This document shows, piece by piece, positions 41,967 through 54,209 of a DNA stretch of 64,000 nt (its first letter is position 1; each line of letters begins with the position of its first letter). The position numbers were made by a program, and so were the translations under genes. The notes beneath the pieces were generated by a model. That model had not been told where the DNA came from. It did not search any database and worked only from the letters and a program-made list of their open reading frames with translations. This DNA is from an uncultured Bifidobacteriaceae bacterium (GTDB lineage: Bacteria > Acidobacteriota > Vicinamibacteria > Vicinamibacterales > JAENWD01): NCBI GenBank assembly GCA_964446605.1, contig CAYUPN010000002.1, forward strand, positions 38,788 through 102,787, written 5' to 3'.

Positions 41967-42037
41967 TGTTGGCCGACACAGGGGCGACGGACTGTGACGG
42001 AAGGGCGCCGCAGGTACGCCGCGCCGGGAGAAGGGCG

Positions 42038-42691
42038 ATGAAGCTGTTCGTGGATTCAGGCAACATCAAGGACGTCGAGGCGCTGGCGGCGCTCGGCGTG
42101 ATCGACGGCGCCACCACCAACCCGTCGCTGCTCGCGAAGGCGGGCGGGGATCCCCGGCAGATCATGAAGGAGATCTGCCGCCTCGTGCAGGGGCCCGTCA
42201 GCGGCGAGGTGGTCTCGACCACGGCGGACGAGATGGTGCGCGAGGGGCGTGACATCGCGGCCATCGACGAGCACATGGTCGTCAAGGTGCCGTTCACGCG
42301 CGACGGCGTGAAGGCCTGCCGCATCCTGGCGGGCGAGGGCATTCCCGTGAACGTCACGCTGATCTTCTCGGCGACGCAGGCGCTGCTCGCCGCCAAGGTC
42401 GGCGCGAGCTACGTGAGCCCGTTCGTCGGGCGGCTCGACGACATCGCGACGAGCGGCATGCACCTGGTCGAGGAGATCGTCGAGATCTTCGACAACTACG
42501 AGTTCGGCACGGAGGTGCTCGTGGCCAGCGTCCGCAACCCGATTCACATCGTGGAGGCGGCGCGGCTCGGCGCGGACGTGTGCACGTGCCCGCCGGCGGT
42601 GATCGAGGCGATGTTCAAGCATCCGCTCACCGACATCGGGCTGGAGAAGTTCCTGAAGGACTGGGAGGCGGCACAGACCGTCAAGCGCTGA
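42038..42691 (+). CDS. tal: Transaldolase (small FSA/TalC family)
   Basis: TTNPSL, VSGEV, VVKVP, NVTL, SPFVGR; Glu/Phe signature favours transaldolase over FSA. Confidence 0.9.
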   Translation: MKLFVDSGNIKDVEALAALGVIDGATTNPSLLAKAGGDPRQIMKEICRLVQGPVSGEVVSTTADEMVREGRDIAAIDEHMVVKVPFTRDGVKACRILAGEGIPVNVTLIFSATQALLAAKVGASYVSPFVGRLDDIATSGMHLVEEIVEIFDNYEFGTEVLVASVRNPIHIVEAARLGADVCTCPPAVIEAMFKHPLTDIGLEKFLKDWEAAQTVKR

Positions 42692-42850
42692 CCCGCCTGC
42701 GCCCTTCGGGGCTCCGGCGGGCAAGCCCGATTGGGGTCCGATAGGACCTGATCCGACCTGATCAGACCTATCGGACCTGATTGGACCCGATCAGACCCGA
42801 TCCGACCCGATCCGACCCTCCTCCGCCCTTCGGGCTACGGAGGGCAGGCC
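42692..42850 (+). repeat. Decamer array 3 flanked by two REP-like hairpins
   Basis: Hairpins at 42692-42721 and 42816-42844; GACCY/GATCM array at 42740-42818. Confidence 0.9.
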
Positions 42851-42854
42851 TGTT

Positions 42855-44402
42855 ATGACAATGACGTCGGCTGACCGGCTCGCGGAGCTGCTGCGGCGCG
42901 CGGAGCTCGGCGGCGGCGAGGAGCGCCTCCGCCGCCAGCACGCGGCGGGGAAGCTGACCGCGCGCGAGCGCATCGCGCTGCTGTTCGATCCCGGCACCTT
43001 CGAGGAGATCGACGCGCTCGTCACGCACCGCTGCCGCGACTTCGGCATGGCCGAGCAGGTCGTGCCGGGGGACGGCGTCGTGTGCGGGTCCGGGCGCGTC
43101 GAGGGGCGGCTCGTCTACGCGTTCGCGCAGGACTTCACCGTCTTCGGCGGATCGCTCTCCGAGACCAACGCACAGAAGATCGTCAAGGTCATGGACCTGG
43201 CGGTGAAGATGGGCGCGCCGATCGTCGGGCTGAACGACAGCGGCGGCGCGCGCATCCAGGAAGGGGTGCTCTCCCTCGGCGGCTACGCCGACATCTTCCT
43301 CCGCAACACGCTCGCCAGCGGCGTCGTCCCGCAGATCTCGGCCATCATGGGCCCGTGCGCGGGGGGCGCCGTCTATTCGCCGGCGATCACCGACTTCGTC
43401 GTCATGGTGCGCGGCACGAGCTACATGTTCGTGACCGGGCCCGACGTCGTGAAGACGGTGACCCACGAGTCGGTGACCAAGGAGCAGCTCGGCGGCGCCA
43501 CCACCCACAGCGAGACCAGCGGCATCTCGCATTTCGCCGTCGACGACGACCGCGAGTGCCTGGCGCTCATCCGGACGCTGCTCGGGTATCTGCCATCGAA
43601 CAACCTCGATGATCCGCCGGCCGGTCCCACGGGCGATCCATCCGACCGGGAGGCGCCCGAGCTGGACGCGCTCGTGCCGCAGTCGCCGACGCAGCCGTAC
43701 GACATGCACGAGCTGATCGGCGCGATCGTCGACGCGGGCAGCTTCCTCGAGGTGCACGAGCACTTCGCGCGCAACCTCGTCATCGGCTTCGCGCGCCTGG
43801 CGGGACGCAGCATCGGCATCGTCGCCAACCAGCCGGCGCACCTGGCGGGCACGCTCGACATCGACGCGTCGGTGAAGGGGGCGCGGTTCGTGCGCTTCTG
43901 CGACGCGTTCAACATCCCGCTCGTGACGTTCGAGGACGTGCCGGGGTTCCTGCCGGGGACCGCGCAGGAGTACGGCGGCATCATCCGGCACGGCGCGAAG
44001 CTGCTCTACGCGTTCGCCGAGGCGACGGTGCCGAAGGTGACGGTGATCACGCGCAAGGCGTACGGCGGCGCGTACTGCGTGATGTCGAGCAAGCACATCC
44101 GTACCGACGTCAACTTCGCCTGGCCGACCGCCGAGATTGCCGTGATGGGTCCCGAAGGGGCCGTGAACGTGCTGTACCGGCGCGAGCTGGAAGCGGCCGC
44201 CGACCCCGAGGCCGTGCGCGCGCGGCGCGTGGCCGAGTTCCGCGAGAAGTTCGCCAACCCCTTCGTCGCCGCGAGCCGCGGCTTCATCGACGAGGTCATC
44301 CGGCCTCGCGAGACACGCCGGAAGCTGATCGAAGCGCTCTCGCGCCTGTCGACCAAACGGGACCGCAATCCTCCCCGGAAGCACGGGAACATCCCGCTCT
44401 AG
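42855..44402 (+). CDS. pccB: Acyl-CoA carboxylase beta (carboxyltransferase) subunit
   Basis: [41 protein letters not shown]. Confidence 0.92.
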   Translation: MTMTSADRLAELLRRAELGGGEERLRRQHAAGKLTARERIALLFDPGTFEEIDALVTHRCRDFGMAEQVVPGDGVVCGSGRVEGRLVYAFAQDFTVFGGSLSETNAQKIVKVMDLAVKMGAPIVGLNDSGGARIQEGVLSLGGYADIFLRNTLASGVVPQISAIMGPCAGGAVYSPAITDFVVMVRGTSYMFVTGPDVVKTVTHESVTKEQLGGATTHSETSGISHFAVDDDRECLALIRTLLGYLPSNNLDDPPAGPTGDPSDREAPELDALVPQSPTQPYDMHELIGAIVDAGSFLEVHEHFARNLVIGFARLAGRSIGIVANQPAHLAGTLDIDASVKGARFVRFCDAFNIPLVTFEDVPGFLPGTAQEYGGIIRHGAKLLYAFAEATVPKVTVITRKAYGGAYCVMSSKHIRTDVNFAWPTAEIAVMGPEGAVNVLYRRELEAAADPEAVRARRVAEFREKFANPFVAASRGFIDEVIRPRETRRKLIEALSRLSTKRDRNPPRKHGNIPL

Positions 44403-44420
44403 CGCACGAGCCCCGGAGCA

Positions 44421-44485
44421 GATCGGACCTGATCGGACCGATCCGACCCCGATCCGACCAAATCCGGCCCGATCAGACCTGATCC
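44421..44485 (+). repeat. Degenerate decamer array 4
   Basis: GATCG GACCT GATCG GACC GATCC GACCC..GATCA GACCT GATCC. Confidence 0.85.
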
Positions 44486-44499
44486 GCTAGAATCGAGGG

Positions 44500-46005
<1,506 letters not shown>

Positions 46006-46008
46006 GGC

Positions 46009-46509
46009 ATGCGCTTCACCTTCGAGATCGGCGATCGCGTGCGCGTCGTGACCCTGGAGACGCGCGGGGACGCGCTGGCGGTCACGCTCGACGGCACGCC
46101 CGTCGACATCGAAGCCGTGGCGGTCGGACCGGGACGGTGGTCGCTGCGTCTGCCCGAGTCCGGCCGGCAGCACGAGGTGACCGTCGCCCGGATTCAGGAC
46201 GGCCAGGCGTTCGAGGTCGCCGTCGGCGACGCCCGCATCCCGGTGCGCCGCGTGACGGGCCGGCCGGGCAGCCGGAAGGGCACTGCGGTCGACGGTCCCG
46301 CACGCGTGCGCGCACCGATGCCGGGCAAGGTCGTGCGCGTGCTCGTCGCCGAAGGCGACCAGGTCGACGCCCGGCAGGGCGTCGCCGTCGTCGAGGCGAT
46401 GAAGATGGAGAACGAGCTGCGCGCGCCGCGCGCCGGCGTGGTGCGCGAAGTGGCCGTCCGGGAAGGCGCGTCGGTCGAGGCCGGCACGACGCTGGTGATC
46501 ATCGAATGA
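46009..46509 (+). CDS. Biotin carboxyl carrier protein
   Basis: APMPGKV, EAMKMENE. Confidence 0.93.
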   Translation: MRFTFEIGDRVRVVTLETRGDALAVTLDGTPVDIEAVAVGPGRWSLRLPESGRQHEVTVARIQDGQAFEVAVGDARIPVRRVTGRPGSRKGTAVDGPARVRAPMPGKVVRVLVAEGDQVDARQGVAVVEAMKMENELRAPRAGVVREVAVREGASVEAGTTLVIIE

Positions 46510-49500
46510 GCGATTCGGGGCAGCACGCCACCCCCCCCGCCCCGGCGGAGACCGGGCCGCCGGCCGCGCCCGCGCCTCGCCCGGCGCGCCCGTGGTGGCG
46601 CCGTGCGGCCGCGTTCGTACGGACGGTCGCGATCGTCGCCACCGTGCTGCTGGCCGCCGCCATCGTCACGACGATCACCGTCGACCTCGGACCGGCCGTG
46701 CGCGCCGCCGCCGAGCGCGCCGGCTCGAGCTACCTGCAGCGCGAGCTGACGATCGGCCGCCTCTCCATCCGCCTGCTCACCGGCGACTTCGTCGTCGAGG
46801 GACTCCGCATCGGCGGGCTCGAGCCGGAGCATCGCCCTTTCCTGGTCGCGGAGCGCATCGACGTCGGGCTCGACTTCACCGCGCTCGCGCGCCGCGAGAT
46901 CCTGATCGAGGACGTGCGCATGACCGGCTGGGACATGCGCGTCGAGACCTGGCCGAACGGCCGCCACAGCTTCCCGCGCTTCACGCGTCCGCGGCGCGGG
47001 CCCGAGGGCCCGAAGCGCTTCGTGACCACCGTGCGGTCCGTCGTGGCCAGCAACGGGCAGTTCACGTTCGAGGATCATGGCGCGCCGTGGAGCACCGTCG
47101 CGCGCAATCTGGAAGTCGTCGTCCGGAAGACCGACGGCTACAACGGCACCGCGCGCTTCACGGAGGGCACGGTCGCCATCCAGGACTTCGTCCCGATGCG
47201 GACCGACATGGACGGGGTCTTCACCATCGAGGGACCGTTCGTCCGCTTCAGCCGGCTGGAGCTGGTTGCCGACGGGTCGCGGTCGGACGTCACCGGATGG
47301 GTCGATCTGTCGCAGTGGCCCGAGCAGGTGTGGAACGTCCGCTCCGTCGTGCAGTTCCCCCGGATGCGCGAGATCTTCTTCGCGCGCGAGAACTGGGAGC
47401 TGGGGGGCGAGGGGCATTTCACCGGCGTGTTCCATCTCTACAAGGGAGGCCGCCGGCTCGAAGGGGATTTCACCAGCGCGGAGGCGCGGGTCAACGGCCT
47501 GCGGTTCCCGAACCTCGAAGGGTCGCTCGTGTGGCTTCCGGAGCGCTTCGAGGTCACGCGCGCGTCGGCCGGTTTCTATGGCGGGCGCATCGGTCTCGCC
47601 TACGGCCTTGCGCCGCTCGGCGATCCCGACGAGCACCCGACCGCACGCTTCCAGGCCGATTTCGACCACGTGGACATGCGGACCGTGAGCCACGCGTTCG
47701 AGTGGGAGGGGCTGCGGGTGGACGGGCGGCTGTCCGGATCGTCGCGGCTCGAATGGCCGAACGGCCGGTTCGCCGATCGCCGCGGCGATGGGCGGCTGCA
47801 GGTCACGCCGCCCCAGGGCGTGGCGGTGGCCGGACGCGACCTGCCGGCCGGCGCGCTCGAGCCGGTCGTGCGGCCCTGGGGGCCGTTCAACAGCGATCCG
47901 CGGGTGCTCGGCGACGTGCCGATTGGCGGTGAGGTCGCGTGGCGGCTCGATTCGGACTGGATCACGCTGGAGCCGTCCTGGATGGCGAGCCCGAAGACGT
48001 ATGTCGCCTTCGAGGGGCGCACCGCGTACGGCGAGCACTCCGCCATCCCCTTCCACGTGACGAGCACCGACTGGCAGGAGAGCGACCGGGTGCTGGCCGG
48101 CATCATGACCGCGCTCGGGTCGCCGACCAGCGCGGTGCCCGTCGGCGGTGTCGGCACGTTCGACGGAACCATGCGGCAGGCCTTCCGCCGTCCACGCGTC
48201 GAGGGACGGTTCCGGGGCGACCGCATGTGGGCGTGGGACGTCGAGTGGGGGCGCGCGTCCGGCGACCTCGTGATCGAGGACGGCTACGTCGCGCTGACCA
48301 ACGCGCGAGTGACGGCGGGCGACTCGGTGATCGAGACGGAGGGACGCTACGCGCTCGGGTATCCGCGTCGCGACGGCGGCGAGGAGATCAACGCGCGCGT
48401 GCGGGTCACCGGCCGGCCGCTGGTCGACCTCCGTCACGCCTTCGGGCTCGACGATTATCCGATTGACGGCCGCCTGTCGGGCGAGTTCCACCTCTACGGG
48501 CACTACGAAGGGCCGTTCGGCTTCGGCCGCATGCGGATCGACGACGGCGTGGCGTACGACGAGCCGTTCGAGTGGGCCTCCGCCTCGCTGCGCTTCGAGG
48601 GCGGCGGCGTGCGGCTGGACGGCGTCGAGGGGCACAAGGCCGGCGGCGCGATGACCGGCGCGGCCTTCGTCAGCTGGGACGGGACGTACTCCTTCAACTT
48701 CACGGGCCGGCGCGTTCCCGTCGAGGCGATTCATGCGCTCGCCTACCCGCAGGCGCCGCTGACGGGCCTCGTCGACTTCAGCGCGTCCGGCAGCGGCGCG
48801 TTCGAGTCGCCGCAATACACGGTGCGCCTGAGCGTGTTCGACCTCTACGTCAAGGACGAGGGCATCGGGGAGGTCACCGCCAGACTGACGGTCCGCGACG
48901 GGACGCTCGGGGTCGAACTCGACGCGGCGTCGCCGCGCCTCATCGTCTCGGGGGCCGGGCGGGTCGCGATGAACGAGGCATCGGACGCCGACATCACGCT
49001 CCGGTTCACGGACACGTCGCTCGACCCGTACGTCCGCACGTTCTTCCCGGATCTGTCGCCGTTCACGACCGCCGTGGCCAGCGGCACGCTGCGCATCGCG
49101 GGCGAGCTGTCCAATCCGCAGCACCTCCGCGTCCAGGCGCGCGCCGATGCGCTGACGCTCAACCTGTTCGACTACATCGTCCGCAACGACGGGCCCCTCA
49201 ACGTCGCGTATGAGCAGGAGACCGTCCGCGTCAACGCGATGCGGCTCGTCGGCGAGGGGACGCGGCTCGACGTCTCGGGCACCATCGACACCGGCGCCAG
49301 CCGGATCGCGGTGCGCGCGACCGGCGACGCCAACCTCGGCATCCTCCAGGGCTTCATGCGCGACCTGCGCAGCTCGGGGCAGGCGGATCTCGTCGCGGAG
49401 ATCAACGGCCCGCTCGAGTCGCCCGTGTTCTCCGGCAGCGCCTCCATCGCGGGAGGACGGTTCCGGCACTTCTCGCTGCCGCACGCGCTCGAGGCCGTCA

Positions 49501-50636
49501 ACGGTCGCGTCGCGTTCGACGGGCAGGGGGTGCGGCTCGACGGCGTCACCGCGCGGCTCGGCGGCGGGCTCGTGCGGTTCGGCGGGCGCATCGGCCTGCG
49601 CGGCTATCGTCCGGGCGAGTTCAACCTGACCGCGACCGGCGAGACCATGCGGCTGCGGTACCCCGAGGGCTTCCGGTCGGTCGTCGACGCGGACCTCTCG
49701 CTGCGCGGCCCGTTCGAATCGCCGGTCCTCGGCGGCACGGTCACCGTACGCAGCTCCGTCTGGTCGCGCCGCATCGAAGCCTCGGTCAACTTCCTCGAAT
49801 TCGCGGGACGGGCCACGCCGGAAGGGGGACCGGCCGCGCCGAGCAGCTTCCCGCTCCGCTTCGACGTGCGGCTCGTGGCCCCCTCGTCGCTGCGGATCGA
49901 CAACAACCTCGCGCGCATCGTCTCGAGCGCGGACCTCGCGCTGCGCGGCACGTACGATCGGCCGGTGCTGTTCGGCCGCGCCGAGATCGAGCGCGGCGAC
50001 GTGACCTTCGAGGGGCGGCGCTACGTCGTCCGCCACGGCACGATCGACTTCAGCAACCCGAACCGCATCGAGCCGTTCTTCGATCTGGAAGCGGAGACGC
50101 GCGTCCGCGTACCGGGGCAGATCTACACGGTGACCCTGAACGCCGCCGGGACGTTCTCACGCCTGCAGTGGGGACTGACGTCGGATCCGCCGCTGCCGAC
50201 GGTCGACGTGCTCGCGCTGCTGCTGAACGACACGACGCCCACGGATCCGGAGCTCGCCGCGCTGCGCCGCCCGGATGAGGCCGAGCAGCAGCTGCTGCAG
50301 GCGCGCGCGGCGCAGCTGCTCGTCAGCCCGATTTCCTCCGGGGTGACGCGCGTCGTGGAGCAGACCTTCGGCATCAACACGTTCCAGATCACGCCGTCGC
50401 TGACCGATCCGGCGGCGCAGTCGTCGCGCCTGATTCCGGGCGCGCGGCTGACGATCGGCAAGCGGATCTCCAACCGCGTCTACGTCACCTTCTCGCAGTC
50501 GCTCTCGGCCTCCACGACGACCCGGGACCAGGTGATCCTCCTCGAGTACGATCAGAGCGACCGGCTGTCGTGGGTGCTCTCGCAGAACGAGGATCGGACG
50601 TACGCGCTGGACGTCCGCGTGAGGCACGCCTTCTGA
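46506..50636 (+). CDS. tamB: TamB / AsmA-like translocation-assembly protein
   Basis: N-terminal TM anchor, long beta-rich body, DUF490-like C-terminus (LTSDPPL, TIGKRIS); about 1376 aa. Confidence 0.85.
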   Translation: MSDSGQHATPPAPAETGPPAAPAPRPARPWWRRAAAFVRTVAIVATVLLAAAIVTTITVDLGPAVRAAAERAGSSYLQRELTIGRLSIRLLTGDFVVEGLRIGGLEPEHRPFLVAERIDVGLDFTALARREILIEDVRMTGWDMRVETWPNGRHSFPRFTRPRRGPEGPKRFVTTVRSVVASNGQFTFEDHGAPWSTVARNLEVVVRKTDGYNGTARFTEGTVAIQDFVPMRTDMDGVFTIEGPFVRFSRLELVADGSRSDVTGWVDLSQWPEQVWNVRSVVQFPRMREIFFARENWELGGEGHFTGVFHLYKGGRRLEGDFTSAEARVNGLRFPNLEGSLVWLPERFEVTRASAGFYGGRIGLAYGLAPLGDPDEHPTARFQADFDHVDMRTVSHAFEWEGLRVDGRLSGSSRLEWPNGRFADRRGDGRLQVTPPQGVAVAGRDLPAGALEPVVRPWGPFNSDPRVLGDVPIGGEVAWRLDSDWITLEPSWMASPKTYVAFEGRTAYGEHSAIPFHVTSTDWQESDRVLAGIMTALGSPTSAVPVGGVGTFDGTMRQAFRRPRVEGRFRGDRMWAWDVEWGRASGDLVIEDGYVALTNARVTAGDSVIETEGRYALGYPRRDGGEEINARVRVTGRPLVDLRHAFGLDDYPIDGRLSGEFHLYGHYEGPFGFGRMRIDDGVAYDEPFEWASASLRFEGGGVRLDGVEGHKAGGAMTGAAFVSWDGTYSFNFTGRRVPVEAIHALAYPQAPLTGLVDFSASGSGAFESPQYTVRLSVFDLYVKDEGIGEVTARLTVRDGTLGVELDAASPRLIVSGAGRVAMNEASDADITLRFTDTSLDPYVRTFFPDLSPFTTAVASGTLRIAGELSNPQHLRVQARADALTLNLFDYIVRNDGPLNVAYEQETVRVNAMRLVGEGTRLDVSGTIDTGASRIAVRATGDANLGILQGFMRDLRSSGQADLVAEINGPLESPVFSGSASIAGGRFRHFSLPHALEAVNGRVAFDGQGVRLDGVTARLGGGLVRFGGRIGLRGYRPGEFNLTATGETMRLRYPEGFRSVVDADLSLRGPFESPVLGGTVTVRSSVWSRRIEASVNFLEFAGRATPEGGPAAPSSFPLRFDVRLVAPSSLRIDNNLARIVSSADLALRGTYDRPVLFGRAEIERGDVTFEGRRYVVRHGTIDFSNPNRIEPFFDLEAETRVRVPGQIYTVTLNAAGTFSRLQWGLTSDPPLPTVDVLALLLNDTTPTDPELAALRRPDEAEQQLLQARAAQLLVSPISSGVTRVVEQTFGINTFQITPSLTDPAAQSSRLIPGARLTIGKRISNRVYVTFSQSLSASTTTRDQVILLEYDQSDRLSWVLSQNEDRTYALDVRVRHAF

Positions 50637-53593
50637 TGACCCGCGCGCTCCGGTGGCTGGCCCTGGCCACCGTGCTCGCGGCGGCATCCGCCTCTCCCGC
50701 CGCCGCCCAGGCGCGCGGGTCCCTCGAGCCCCCCTCCCTCGTCGGCCGGACCGTGACGACGCAGGTGATCGCCGTGGACGGCCGGCCCGTCACCGAGGGC
50801 GGGCTCCTCGATCTGGTGCAGACCCGGCCGGGCGCGCCGCTGACCGTGGCGGACGTGCGCGAGACGATCGCGCACTTCGCCGGCCTTGGGCGCTTCGAGG
50901 ACGTCGTCGTGCAGGCGCACGAGGAACCGGGCGGCGTGCGCGTCTCCTACGATCTCGTGCCGGTCCGGCTGATCCGACGGCTCGAGTTCCGCGGACGCGT
51001 CGAGCTGTCGGGGCGTCTGCTCCGCAGCCGCGTCGCCGACCGTCTCGGCGAGGTGTTCTCGCGCGCGCGTCTCGACGAGATGGTGCGGGCCCTGGATGTC
51101 GTCTACGAGGACCACGGCTACATGGAGGCGCGGATCCTTCCGCGCCCCGATCTGCCGGCCGGAGACCGCGAGACGCTGGTCGTCGAGATCGAGGCAGGGC
51201 CGCGGCTCACGATTTCGCGCGTGATCGTGGACGGGAACGCGCCGATGCCGCTGACGGAAATCCCGAGGATCACCGGGCTCTCGGCGGGCCAGCCGTATCG
51301 GCGTGCGGACGTCGACGGGCGGCTCGCGAAACTGGTGAACGGCCTGCGGGATCGCGGCTACTACGAAGCGCGCGCCGATCACGTGCTCGAACCCGATCCC
51401 GACGGGCGCACCGCGGAGCTCGCGATCTCGGTGGACGCCGGCGCGCGCATCCAGGTGCTCTTCGCGGGGGACTCGCTGCCCGAAGGGGACCGGCGGGAGC
51501 TCGTGCCGGTGGAGCGCGAGGGCTCGGCCGACGAAGACCTGCTCGAGGACTCGGCCATCCGCATCCGCGATCGTCTGCGGGCGGAGGGCTACCGCGACGC
51601 GCACGTCGAGTACGCACGGATGCCCCGGGGCGAGGAGCTGGCGGTCGTCTTCACCGTGCAGCGCGGTCCGCGATACCGCACGGGAGCGGTCCGCATCGAG
51701 GGGGCCGAGACCCTGCCGGCGCCGGAGCTCGAGCCGCTGCTCCGGACGCGCGCCGGGGACCCGTTCGTCCAGGCCCTCGTCGATCGCGACGCCGCCGCCA
51801 TCGTCGAGTACTACCGCCGCCGCGGCTTCACCGACGTGCGGGTCGGCGCGGAGGCCCTGCCCGCGGCCGGCGCGCCGGAGCCGGTTCCCGTCGACGTCCG
51901 CTTCGCCGTCGAAGAGGGGCCGCGAACGCTCGTCGGCGACATCGCCATCCGCGGCATGGAGGCCGTCGGCCAGGAGGCGCTGGGCGCGGCGGTGTCGTCG
52001 CGTCCGGGGCAGCCGTACTACCAGCCGCAGGTCGCCATCGATCGCGACGGCATGCAGCTCGTCCTGCTGAATCTCGGCTATCCGTCGGCTGCCGTCGACG
52101 CCCGCGTGACCTTCTCGCCGGACCGATCCCGCGCCGATCTCGAGTTCACGGTGAGCGAGGGGCCGCAGGTCTTCGTTGGACACGTGCTCGTCGTCGGCAA
52201 CGAGAAGACCGATACCCGCACCATCCGCCGCGAGGTCACGCTGGAGCCGGGGGCGCCGCTGTCCTACGCCGAAATCATGGAGAGCCAGAGCCGGATCAGC
52301 GCGCTCGGGCTGTTCCGCCGGGTGCGCATCACCGAGCTCGATCACGGGGTGCCGAACGAGCGCGATCTGCTCGTGAGCGTCGAGGAGGCGCCCGCGACGA
52401 CGGTCGGGTACGGCGCGGGGGTGGAGGCCGGGCCGCGCCTGCGGCGATCCGAGCCGGGCGGGCCCGCCACCGAGGTCTTCGAGGTCGCGCCGCGCGGCTT
52501 CGTCGAATACGGGCGGCGCAACCTCTTCGGGCGCAACCAGTCAATCAACCTGTTCGGGCGCGCGAGCCTGCGGTCGCGCGCGTCGACGGTCGACGTCGGA
52601 CCGGGTGAGGAGGAGCCGGGCGGCTACACGCTGCGCGACTACCGCGCGCTCGGCACGTTCCGGTCGCCGCGGGTGTTCGGGAGCGAGTCCGACCTCCTGC
52701 TCACCGGATTCCTCGAGCAGGGCCTGCGATCGAGCTTCAACTTCACCCGCCGGGGCGCGCGCGCCGAGCTCGCACGCCGCCTCACCCGATCGCTGAGCGT
52801 GAGCGGGCGGTACCTGATCGAGCGCACGAAGCTGTTCGAGGAGCGGTTCGATCCCTCCGACAAGCCGCTCGTCGACCGGCTGTTCCCGCAGCTCCGGATC
52901 TCGACGCTCTCGGCGGCCGCCGTCTACGACACCCGGGACGACCTCCTCGCGCCGACGAGCGGCGTGCTGCTCGGGTTCGACCAGGACGTCGCGCTGCGGG
53001 CGATCGGATCGGAAGTGGGCTTCCTGAAGGGGTTCGGCCAGGCGTTCGTCTACCGCCGGCTGCCGGGCGCGCGCGGCACGGTGTTCGCGGCCGGCGCGCG
53101 AATCGGCCTGGCACGCGGCTTCGAGCATCTCGTGCCGGTGCTCGACGGAGCGGGGGAGCCGGTGCTCGACGAGACGGGCGAGCCCCTGGTCGACAGAGTC
53201 AACGACCTGCCCGCGAGCGAGCGGTTCTTCGCGGGGGGTGACACGACCGTGCGCGGGTACGCGCTCGACCGGCTCGGCACGTCGGAGACGATCGATCGCA
53301 ACGGATTCCCGACCGGCGGCCATGCGGTCGCGATCTTCAACAGCGAGCTGCGTGTTCCGGTGTGGGGCGGGCTCGGCGCGGTCGGCTTCCTCGACGCCGG
53401 CAACGTGTTCAGCCGGGTCGCCGACTTCTCGTTCGGCCGGCTGAAACCGACGGCCGGCATGGGGATCCGGTATCAGTCGCCGATCGGGCCGCTTCGCGTG
53501 GACGTCGGCTTCAAGCTGAATCGCGAGCGGCTGCGGACCGGCGAGCTGGAATCACGCGCGGTCCTGCACATCAGTCTCGGACAGGCCTTCTGA
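50636..53593 (+). CDS. Omp85 (BamA/TamA-like) protein with multiple POTRA domains
   Basis: Repeated GY..A.V POTRA motifs; ERFFAGGDTTVRGY, SPIGPLRVD, terminal GQAF. Confidence 0.9.
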   Translation: MTRALRWLALATVLAAASASPAAAQARGSLEPPSLVGRTVTTQVIAVDGRPVTEGGLLDLVQTRPGAPLTVADVRETIAHFAGLGRFEDVVVQAHEEPGGVRVSYDLVPVRLIRRLEFRGRVELSGRLLRSRVADRLGEVFSRARLDEMVRALDVVYEDHGYMEARILPRPDLPAGDRETLVVEIEAGPRLTISRVIVDGNAPMPLTEIPRITGLSAGQPYRRADVDGRLAKLVNGLRDRGYYEARADHVLEPDPDGRTAELAISVDAGARIQVLFAGDSLPEGDRRELVPVEREGSADEDLLEDSAIRIRDRLRAEGYRDAHVEYARMPRGEELAVVFTVQRGPRYRTGAVRIEGAETLPAPELEPLLRTRAGDPFVQALVDRDAAAIVEYYRRRGFTDVRVGAEALPAAGAPEPVPVDVRFAVEEGPRTLVGDIAIRGMEAVGQEALGAAVSSRPGQPYYQPQVAIDRDGMQLVLLNLGYPSAAVDARVTFSPDRSRADLEFTVSEGPQVFVGHVLVVGNEKTDTRTIRREVTLEPGAPLSYAEIMESQSRISALGLFRRVRITELDHGVPNERDLLVSVEEAPATTVGYGAGVEAGPRLRRSEPGGPATEVFEVAPRGFVEYGRRNLFGRNQSINLFGRASLRSRASTVDVGPGEEEPGGYTLRDYRALGTFRSPRVFGSESDLLLTGFLEQGLRSSFNFTRRGARAELARRLTRSLSVSGRYLIERTKLFEERFDPSDKPLVDRLFPQLRISTLSAAAVYDTRDDLLAPTSGVLLGFDQDVALRAIGSEVGFLKGFGQAFVYRRLPGARGTVFAAGARIGLARGFEHLVPVLDGAGEPVLDETGEPLVDRVNDLPASERFFAGGDTTVRGYALDRLGTSETIDRNGFPTGGHAVAIFNSELRVPVWGGLGAVGFLDAGNVFSRVADFSFGRLKPTAGMGIRYQSPIGPLRVDVGFKLNRERLRTGELESRAVLHISLGQAF

Positions 53594-53594
53594 C

Positions 53595-54209
53595 GTGCGC
53601 ACCGGACTGGCTGCCCTGCTCGTGCTGCTGCTCACCGCGCCCGCTCCGCGCGCGGAGGTGATCGACCGCGTCCTCGCGATCGTCGACGGCACGCTCGTGA
53701 CGCTGTCGGACGTGCGCACCGCGGTCGTCCTGCAGCTCGTCGCGGTTCCCGACGCGACGGCGCTCGAATCGGGGCTCGAGCGCTGGATCGACCGCCTGCT
53801 CGTGCTGCAGGAGGTCGAGCGCTTCGCGCCGCCGGAGCCGGACCCCGCGGTCGTCGACGTGCGGCTCGCCGACGTGCTCAGCCGGCTCGGCCCGCCGGAC
53901 GAGCGGCGCGGGCAGCTGGAGGCGCTGGGTGTCAGCGAGGCCTGGCTGCGCGCCTGGGTGCGCGACGACCTGCGCATCCAGGCGTACATCGACCAGCGGT
54001 TCAGCGGCACGCTGGAGCCGACCAGCGAGGAGCTCGAGAACTACGCGCGCGAGAACCCGGGCGCGTTCGGCGAGGAGGGCCGGCTCACGCCGGCCGACGA
54101 GCAGGCGATCGCGCGGACGGGAGCGATGGCGGCCCGCCGGCGCGCGCTGGTGGCGGACTGGGTGCAGGGGCTCAGACGTCGCGCCGAGATCCTGCGTCCC
54201 TCGCGATGA
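53595..54209 (+). CDS. SurA N-terminal-domain-like periplasmic chaperone
   Basis: EVIDRVLAIVDG..VTLSDV; W..LRRRAEI; no PPIase domain. Confidence 0.7.
   Translation: MRTGLAALLVLLLTAPAPRAEVIDRVLAIVDGTLVTLSDVRTAVVLQLVAVPDATALESGLERWIDRLLVLQEVERFAPPEPDPAVVDVRLADVLSRLGPPDERRGQLEALGVSEAWLRAWVRDDLRIQAYIDQRFSGTLEPTSEELENYARENPGAFGEEGRLTPADEQAIARTGAMAARRRALVADWVQGLRRRAEILRPSR

Noticed and set aside
46531..46538. C8 tract as a phase-variation switch in tamB
   Set aside because: A short run within Thr/Pro codons, expected at this GC content; frame intact
54172..54209. 38-bp convergent overlap as antisense regulation
   Set aside because: Short tail overlaps are common in GC-rich genomes; no further support
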